A DNA stretch of 29,523 bases from a virus. Its lineage: Duplodnaviria; Caudoviricetes. Where the stretch lies: positions 1 to 29,523 of the IMG/VR virus record IMGVR_UViG_3300007344_000161. The stretch is one strand, 5' to 3'. The number at the start of each line of letters is the position of its first letter. The stretch's first letter is position 1. Shown one piece after another: positions 24,808-29,523 of the stretch. Both the position numbers and the translations under genes were made by a program. The notes beneath the pieces are model-generated. The model searched no databases. It was given only the letters and a program-made list of their open reading frames with translations, and was not told where the DNA came from.

Positions 24808-25146
24808 CTATTCCGTTGGGATGTCATCTTCATAACCGTTCACGGTAAACGCCGTGTCGGCTTGGTCTGATTCAACCGTTACCACATCGCCAGCACTCAA
24901 GAGAATGGTGCCAACCTCGGGATACTGGTTAGAACTGTTAAGCAGCACTGAGGCGCTACAAGCAAGGCATTGTTTAGCTGCCGAAGCCTCGCCCGCCTTG
25001 CGTATCTTTACGTCAATCGCAGCCGCCGTGACTGTTGCCACGTAAATCCGCACACTAGCGCGCCTACCTGTCGGAACCGTGTAAACGTCCGACTCTGTGG
25101 CCGCTGAAGGGACTAGCTGCTCTAATACAACTGAATCAACTGCCAT
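24808..25146 (-). CDS. Small beta-rich virion protein
   Basis: VYTVP.G, L.AGD.V.V, F.V.G.E. Confidence 0.55.
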   Translation of the reverse strand: MAVDSVVLEQLVPSAATESDVYTVPTGRRASVRIYVATVTAAAIDVKIRKAGEASAAKQCLACSASVLLNSSNQYPEVGTILLSAGDVVTVESDQADTAFTVNGYEDDIPTE

Positions 25147-25432
25147 ACCACTGCCTTAGAAAATTGGCCTTTTTAAGCATTGCCGTGTTTGATTCAGCCA
25201 TGTCCTGAACCTGACCCAGAGCCAAAGTCGCGTCGGCTTGAGCGGCTTCAGCCGTTGTCTGAGCCGTTTCAGCCGACGCTTGAGCGGTAGCCGCGTCATC
25301 AACGCCCTGATTAACCTTGTCGGAGGTGCCGCCCGTCCTCTCTACAATGTCCTGCCAGTAGGATTGCCATGCAGGGTCAGTTAGAGGGGTTCCGGGTAGC
25401 GGTTCCCGTACCTCAATATCCGCCGACACCAA
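25136..25432 (-). CDS. Tail needle-like coiled-coil protein
   Basis: Follows gp10-like gene; A..AQ..A heptads. Confidence 0.5.
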   Translation of the reverse strand: MVSADIEVREPLPGTPLTDPAWQSYWQDIVERTGGTSDKVNQGVDDAATAQASAETAQTTAEAAQADATLALGQVQDMAESNTAMLKKANFLRQWYGS

Positions 25433-26771
25433 TCAAGCCCTCCGCACCGAGAAAATTGCGCTTCACGTTGTCAGAGATCGACACCTCATACACGCGGTTT
25501 TTCGCACGACCGAGATTCTGATGAATCGACACCCGTTCCGAGTATTCGCCGGTATCACCCAATGAGCGCCTTAATTCGGGCTGCCAGTTAAAGCCATCGT
25601 CAGACCAGCGAACCATGACCTCTGCACCATCGGCTCCGCCTGTCTCAAAGTCGAGATAGATGCCTTTATGGAACAGCCACCTGTTACCTTCAGCGACAGG
25701 GGCAGACACCATCTTAAAGACCACCTGGGAACCAAACTCCGTATAAGTGTCCTTATCTAACTCACCCACCTTCGATGATTCAGTGTCGAGAATGTAGGTC
25801 TTACCATAGGCTCTAACCGCATCCGAACCGCGCCAATGGCCTACGCCAAAGGATTCGCGCTCATTCCATAAGCCCGTCACAAAGGAGTATTCCCAAGTCT
25901 TACCCTCAGTCGGGAAGGTCAGGACATACACACCCCTACCGGCATGGACATAGGTAAAGCCGTAAGCATCGTCTACGGTCGTGTAATTCTGGAACTCAGT
26001 CTCGACGCCCTCGGTTGAAATCTTAGCCAACTGGCCTGAAATCATACGGACAGTCAAATCATCCGCTAACCAAACCGCGATATTGTCGAGTTTTGCAGGG
26101 CTGTTCTTCGCCGCGCACCCAACGTCAAACACGCCGTTGGGGAAGCGCACAAAAGGAAATGCCCCGCCTCTAAGCCCCCAGACCTCCGTAGAAGTCTCGC
26201 CAAAGAAAATCACGTTAGTCGAGTCGGTTAAGACTGCAATCGTGTTATCCGGCTGTGCTTCAGCCGTGGCGAAGTCCAGGGCATCTATGTCATTCGGGTC
26301 ATCAGGAGCCGACACATAGAAAACGCCCGTATTCGGCTTCACATAAATGTAGTAACCAGCCAGCCACGCGACATCAGAAGCGCCCTGAAAGTTAGAATCA
26401 GTGACCTTCGTAATGTTCACCCCGTCAAAGATGTGAACTTGGTTATGGGCACAGATAGCAACCGTTTCACCCACGGCAATACGGCACCTATCCGCACCCG
26501 GAACGGAGCCAACTAAGCTGTTCCCGCCCAGAGAATTGACGCGGTAAAGCTCATCCCCGGAAACCACGTATAGGAAGTTCTGATAATAAAAAGAACCCCT
26601 TAACGGACCAGAGCCAACCGTCACGAAGTCCTTAACGCCGGGAGTCCCATAGATCGGGGTCTGCGTCTTGGAGCCTTCTGGCGACTTCTCCATGTACCCG
26701 TTAACAAGCCTCTGCCGTGAGACAAGCCGTGACGAACTCAGGTACGAGTGAACGGCAAAGGGAATCCGCAT
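25413..26771 (-). CDS. P22 gp10-like DNA stabilization / tail hub protein
   Basis: TPG, FATAE..PD, FGETSTEVW, GCAA..S, YVLTFP...TW.Y, WSDDG, GEY..R. Confidence 0.85.
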   Translation of the reverse strand: MRIPFAVHSYLSSSRLVSRQRLVNGYMEKSPEGSKTQTPIYGTPGVKDFVTVGSGPLRGSFYYQNFLYVVSGDELYRVNSLGGNSLVGSVPGADRCRIAVGETVAICAHNQVHIFDGVNITKVTDSNFQGASDVAWLAGYYIYVKPNTGVFYVSAPDDPNDIDALDFATAEAQPDNTIAVLTDSTNVIFFGETSTEVWGLRGGAFPFVRFPNGVFDVGCAAKNSPAKLDNIAVWLADDLTVRMISGQLAKISTEGVETEFQNYTTVDDAYGFTYVHAGRGVYVLTFPTEGKTWEYSFVTGLWNERESFGVGHWRGSDAVRAYGKTYILDTESSKVGELDKDTYTEFGSQVVFKMVSAPVAEGNRWLFHKGIYLDFETGGADGAEVMVRWSDDGFNWQPELRRSLGDTGEYSERVSIHQNLGRAKNRVYEVSISDNVKRNFLGAEGLIGVGGY

Positions 26772-27139
26772 CAGAAGTAACTGGTCGGTGCCGTGTAGTC
26801 CACGTAATCAGCGGCTAACAGCTTTCTTAGCTGCCTCTCAGCCAATGACGCAGAAGGCTCAAACAGACCGCCCTCCACCTTCAGTTTCGCCAAATCCTCT
26901 TGCGGGATAGCAAAGTCATCAGCCAACTGATACGCCACGATAGCGGTCAACGGAATGGCGAACTTGTCGGGGATGGCCTCAGTCACACCCCACTCAACAA
27001 GACCCTCAGAGAGCAGCATGGCGTGAACCTGGGGATACACGCTCTGCACCCGCGCAAGGTCGCCCGATAACGCCGCACCATTCGGCGGCACTACCTTCAG
27101 CTTACGCAGGACATTCTCGTAAAAATCGTTGAGGGTCAT
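26771..27139 (-). CDS. Head-tail adaptor (P22 gp4-like)
   Basis: Between capsid and gp10-like gene; LRKL.V, IP......L...VA..LA..F, C-terminal YF. Confidence 0.6.
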   Translation of the reverse strand: MTLNDFYENVLRKLKVVPPNGAALSGDLARVQSVYPQVHAMLLSEGLVEWGVTEAIPDKFAIPLTAIVAYQLADDFAIPQEDLAKLKVEGGLFEPSASLAERQLRKLLAADYVDYTAPTSYF

Positions 27140-27149
27140 GTATAGAATC

Positions 27150-27189
27150 CTGAGAGGTCAGGGCGGGGAAGCCCCCGCCCATCCCTCAG
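27150..27189 (-). other. Strong hairpin after major capsid stop (no U-tract)
   Basis: GGGCGGGG-GCTT-CCCCGCCC, extendable by CTGAG/CTCAG. Confidence 0.55.
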
Positions 27190-27202
27190 TTAAGGTCTAG
27201 CC

Positions 27203-28276
27203 TTAAGCGTCAGCAGGCGAAGAAGTCCAGACGGTTACAACACCGTTGTCCTTCAGATCGTCCGTATCAGCGGAGCCTGAGCCAAAGGTCAGTTTCTCAA
27301 TGCCGCGAATTTCTTCGATAGCAACGCCCTGCTTATCACCGTAGTCGAAGGTTTCCTGCTTCGACGTAGTGCGCTTGGCCCAACCCATGCCGACAGCCTG
27401 TGCACCGCAAAGGAACGCGGGAGCAATCGGGGCCGATGCAGCGCCAGAGTTCTCCACAAGACTGTTCATGTCGGAGATGTGGCGAACAATCACGCCATCC
27501 CAAAGGATTGACTCACCCGAAAAGATCGGGTTCTCCTTGCCGCGAACATTTGCATCAGTGTTCGAGGCTTTGAGGTCAACCTTAAGGTCGCGGTACTGCT
27601 GCGAGTTGACGAACATCACATACCACTCTTCGTCACCGTTCACCGTCACCGGACGGATTTTCGGGTCAGCAGAGAGGGCAATGCGCTTCGCCAACGAAAC
27701 GATGTCACCACTCAGCGTCATACCAGCGGTAACTGCGGCAAGGTCGGTCGCATGAGTCGTGTAACCACCGTTACCAATCGCATCACCGAACAGAACGCGG
27801 TCAGCGTTGTCCACCAGCCAAGCATTACGCGCAGCAGCATTAGCCGACCCGTAAGCCGTGCCGTTGATGCTGTGGAGGGCGGCGATGATGTCATCGCGGG
27901 TCTGCTCCATAATCCACGTTTTCAGCGTGGCGCGGGCTGCGTTACGGAGAGAGATAGCGGAACGCTGTTCCTCCATTTCAGCAACCAGAACACCGTTACG
28001 AATCTTGTCAACGGTCAACTGGTGAGAGCGCGAGGCCAAATCTTCCTCTGAACCTTCCAGAGAAGTCGTGCCAGTAACGCCAGCACCCGTCAGGCGGTTG
28101 ACAAGCGCATAAGTCAGGCTGTCGCCCTTCTTCTTCGTCAGGTCTTGCTTAACCTGGATGATGGAGTTTTCGTTGGTGCCAAAATACTTGGCAAAGCGGT
28201 TAGCCTGGACGTATTCAGTAAAGAACTTATCGTCCCACTGCTGAACAGTAAGGCCGGTTGCGGCTGTGGTAGCCAT
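27203..28276 (-). CDS. Major capsid protein (N4-gp56/DUF4043-like)
   Basis: DL.K.KGD.LT..L...L.G.GV.G...LEG.EE.L; NPIFSG...WDGVI; FLCGAQA; FDYG. Confidence 0.88.
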   Translation of the reverse strand: MATTAATGLTVQQWDDKFFTEYVQANRFAKYFGTNENSIIQVKQDLTKKKGDSLTYALVNRLTGAGVTGTTSLEGSEEDLASRSHQLTVDKIRNGVLVAEMEEQRSAISLRNAARATLKTWIMEQTRDDIIAALHSINGTAYGSANAAARNAWLVDNADRVLFGDAIGNGGYTTHATDLAAVTAGMTLSGDIVSLAKRIALSADPKIRPVTVNGDEEWYVMFVNSQQYRDLKVDLKASNTDANVRGKENPIFSGESILWDGVIVRHISDMNSLVENSGAASAPIAPAFLCGAQAVGMGWAKRTTSKQETFDYGDKQGVAIEEIRGIEKLTFGSGSADTDDLKDNGVVTVWTSSPADA

Positions 28277-28287
28277 AATGAATTACC

Positions 28288-29082
28288 TCAAAAATTATTG
28301 AACATGGATTCAAGGGGCGTCTGAGTCGGCTCTTTGTCCGTCCTCTGAGTCGCCCCCGTTACGGTTGAGAGCGATTCGGGAACGTCTGCCGCACGACTCG
28401 CCGGGGTAGGGTTCTTTTGCAGGTATTCAGCGACCGCAGCCTCACGCTGTTGCTGGACAAAGGCGTCAAAGTCGCCACCAGCCGCGTTAATCTGCGCTAA
28501 CCGTTTACCCAATCTATAGGCGTATTCCGCAGGGTTGGAAGCCTGTGCAGCTTCCATCTGCAATGCCGAATTGTGCTGTGCTGCTTGGGCAAAGAACTGA
28601 ATCGCCTCGTCATAGTCGGGATGACTTTCCTTAGCGATGCGCTCAAAGTCTTGCAGCCGTTGTAGGCTGTTCTGGTACTGAATCTCTTGAAGGCGCTGCT
28701 CGTACTTCGCCTCCAGGTTGTTTGCCCACTTTTCCGGGTCGTCGAGGAAGTCAACAGGCTCCTCCACTTTTTCCGGTTCAGTGGGCTGATTCAGTTGCGT
28801 GAAACGGCCATTAAGTTCGTCAATCTGACGTTGCAACTCTTGGCGCTTGCTACGCTCATCCAGTAAAGCCGTTTGGGGCACAAACCCTTCCGGCGGCCTC
28901 TCTGGTTCTGATGCTGGCGGCTCATCAGGGGTTTCGGCTTCCGCTTCAACCTGTTTTTCGCCCTCAGACTCTTGTGGTGCATCCTCAGTTTCGGCAACAG
29001 CCTCTACTTCGGGGGTTTCAGCAACAGACTCCGAAGGAACCTCACCACTCAAAATCTCATCCAAAGATGCTTCTTCGTTCAC
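28288..29082 (-). CDS. Capsid scaffolding protein
   Basis: Acidic N-terminus, VP..AL.DER.KRQ, HPDY, NPAE.AY.LG; directly upstream of capsid gene. Confidence 0.78.
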   Translation of the reverse strand: MNEEASLDEILSGEVPSESVAETPEVEAVAETEDAPQESEGEKQVEAEAETPDEPPASEPERPPEGFVPQTALLDERSKRQELQRQIDELNGRFTQLNQPTEPEKVEEPVDFLDDPEKWANNLEAKYEQRLQEIQYQNSLQRLQDFERIAKESHPDYDEAIQFFAQAAQHNSALQMEAAQASNPAEYAYRLGKRLAQINAAGGDFDAFVQQQREAAVAEYLQKNPTPASRAADVPESLSTVTGATQRTDKEPTQTPLESMFNNF

Positions 29083-29088
29083 TTTTCA

Positions 29089-29168
29089 CTCCTTCTCGTA
29101 TCGTGAGAAAAACGAATCAACCGTTTCGTCGTTGGCACGTTCAAACGCCCGTAAAAGCCCCGGCGGCG
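29089..29168 (-). promoter_or_regulatory. Structured scaffold-gene leader (three bulged hairpins)
   Basis: CGCC[GC]CG..CGGGCG, CAAC[GA]CG-AAA-CGGTTG, TTCT[CA]CG-ATA-CGAGAA; last overlaps the AAGGAG RBS. Confidence 0.5.
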
Positions 29169-29173
29169 GGCAC

Positions 29174-29196
29174 AAAAAAACCCGCAGAAGCGGGTT
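29174..29196 (-). terminator. Intrinsic terminator downstream of tRNA-like RNA
   Basis: AACCCGC-TTCT-GCGGGTT-TTTTT. Confidence 0.8.
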
Positions 29197-29205
29197 CAGG
29201 TAAAT

Positions 29206-29270
29206 TGGTGGACTTGGTGGGACTCGCACCCACATCCGCGACTAGCGCCGCGTCGAATCTAGGCAAGCCC
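29206..29270 (-). ncRNA. tmRNA tRNA-like-domain-only RNA (mini-tmRNA, Ala identity)
   Basis: GGGCTTG/CAAGTCC acceptor with G3.U70, A-CCA; CCTAGATTCGA loop; CGCGGC-GCTA-GTCGCG hairpin; GAT; GTGGG-TGCGAGT-CCCAC T-arm. Confidence 0.8.
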
Positions 29271-29413
29271 TAGAAATGGACTTCCAGGCAGTAATTGAGG
29301 AAGTAGATAAAGACCGCCCATTTATGAGTGCGGCGACCCCAGTTATCGTCGTAGATCGAAACAGCGGGAAGTAAGAAAAACTCCGTTTCCGACTTCTCCA
29401 CCGCTGTCCTCAT
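29270..29413 (-). CDS. 47-aa hypothetical protein; stop codon overlaps G1 of the RNA
   Basis: MRTAVEKSETEFFLLPAVSIYDDNWGRRTHKWAVFIYFLNYCLEVHF; ATGA-coupled. Confidence 0.45.
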   Translation of the reverse strand: MRTAVEKSETEFFLLPAVSIYDDNWGRRTHKWAVFIYFLNYCLEVHF

Positions 29414-29523
29414 AGCGCAAAGGACTTCTGTACTCGACCGGATGCAATCAAGCGGCGGTGTACACGCTTACCCACTACGAGAGCGCCCTGCTGTTCCTTG
29501 AGGTAAACCAAGTAAAGCTGCCC
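29410..29523 (-). CDS. Hypothetical protein, 3' end only
   Basis: Open frame ...GQLYLVYLKEQQGALVVGKRVHRRLIASGRVQKSFAL*. Confidence 0.4.
   Translation of the reverse strand, partial: GQLYLVYLKEQQGALVVGKRVHRRLIASGRVQKSFAL

Noticed and set aside
29206-29270. Canonical tRNA, or ssrA-derived att remnant
   Set aside because: No D-stem or 7-nt anticodon loop; contains both 5' and 3' TLD halves paired; far from the integrase, whose att is tRNA-Val

Overview
The window is most of a temperate, lambdoid-organised, short-tailed (P22/N4-like virion module) proteobacterial phage. It appears to be in its excised or free form, because an intact attP (3' half of tRNA-Val(GAC), arm repeats, IHF site) has phage genes on both sides. 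From the left: start of the late operon and a Q-like regulator; nin-type region with NinG and an N6/N4 DNA methylase; P-like and O-like replication genes with iterons; cro/cI switch; ERF, YqaJ exonuclease and SSB-like recombination genes; a C5 methylase with a nested second frame; xis/int; attP. Converging on attP from the right is the late operon (scaffold, major capsid, gp4/gp10-like tail, ejection proteins, tailspike, lysozyme/holin, metallophosphoesterase, beta-helix protein, head-spike base). Terminase and portal are not in the window. The most striking unexplained element is a 65-nt RNA gene (29206-29270, minus strand). It is a complete tmRNA tRNA-like domain (G3.U70, ACCA, stemless D-loop, T-arm) with the mRNA/tag and pseudoknot region replaced by a tetraloop, i.e. 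a candidate phage 'mini-tmRNA'. Other notable signals are a C4/CI-like antisense RNA with two terminators ahead of the replication initiator, an M.EcoHK31I-type overlapping two-subunit methylase, three similar bulged hairpins in the scaffold leader, and a GTA-type spike base next to a beta-helix protein. All protein family calls are from motif recognition and context, not database searches.
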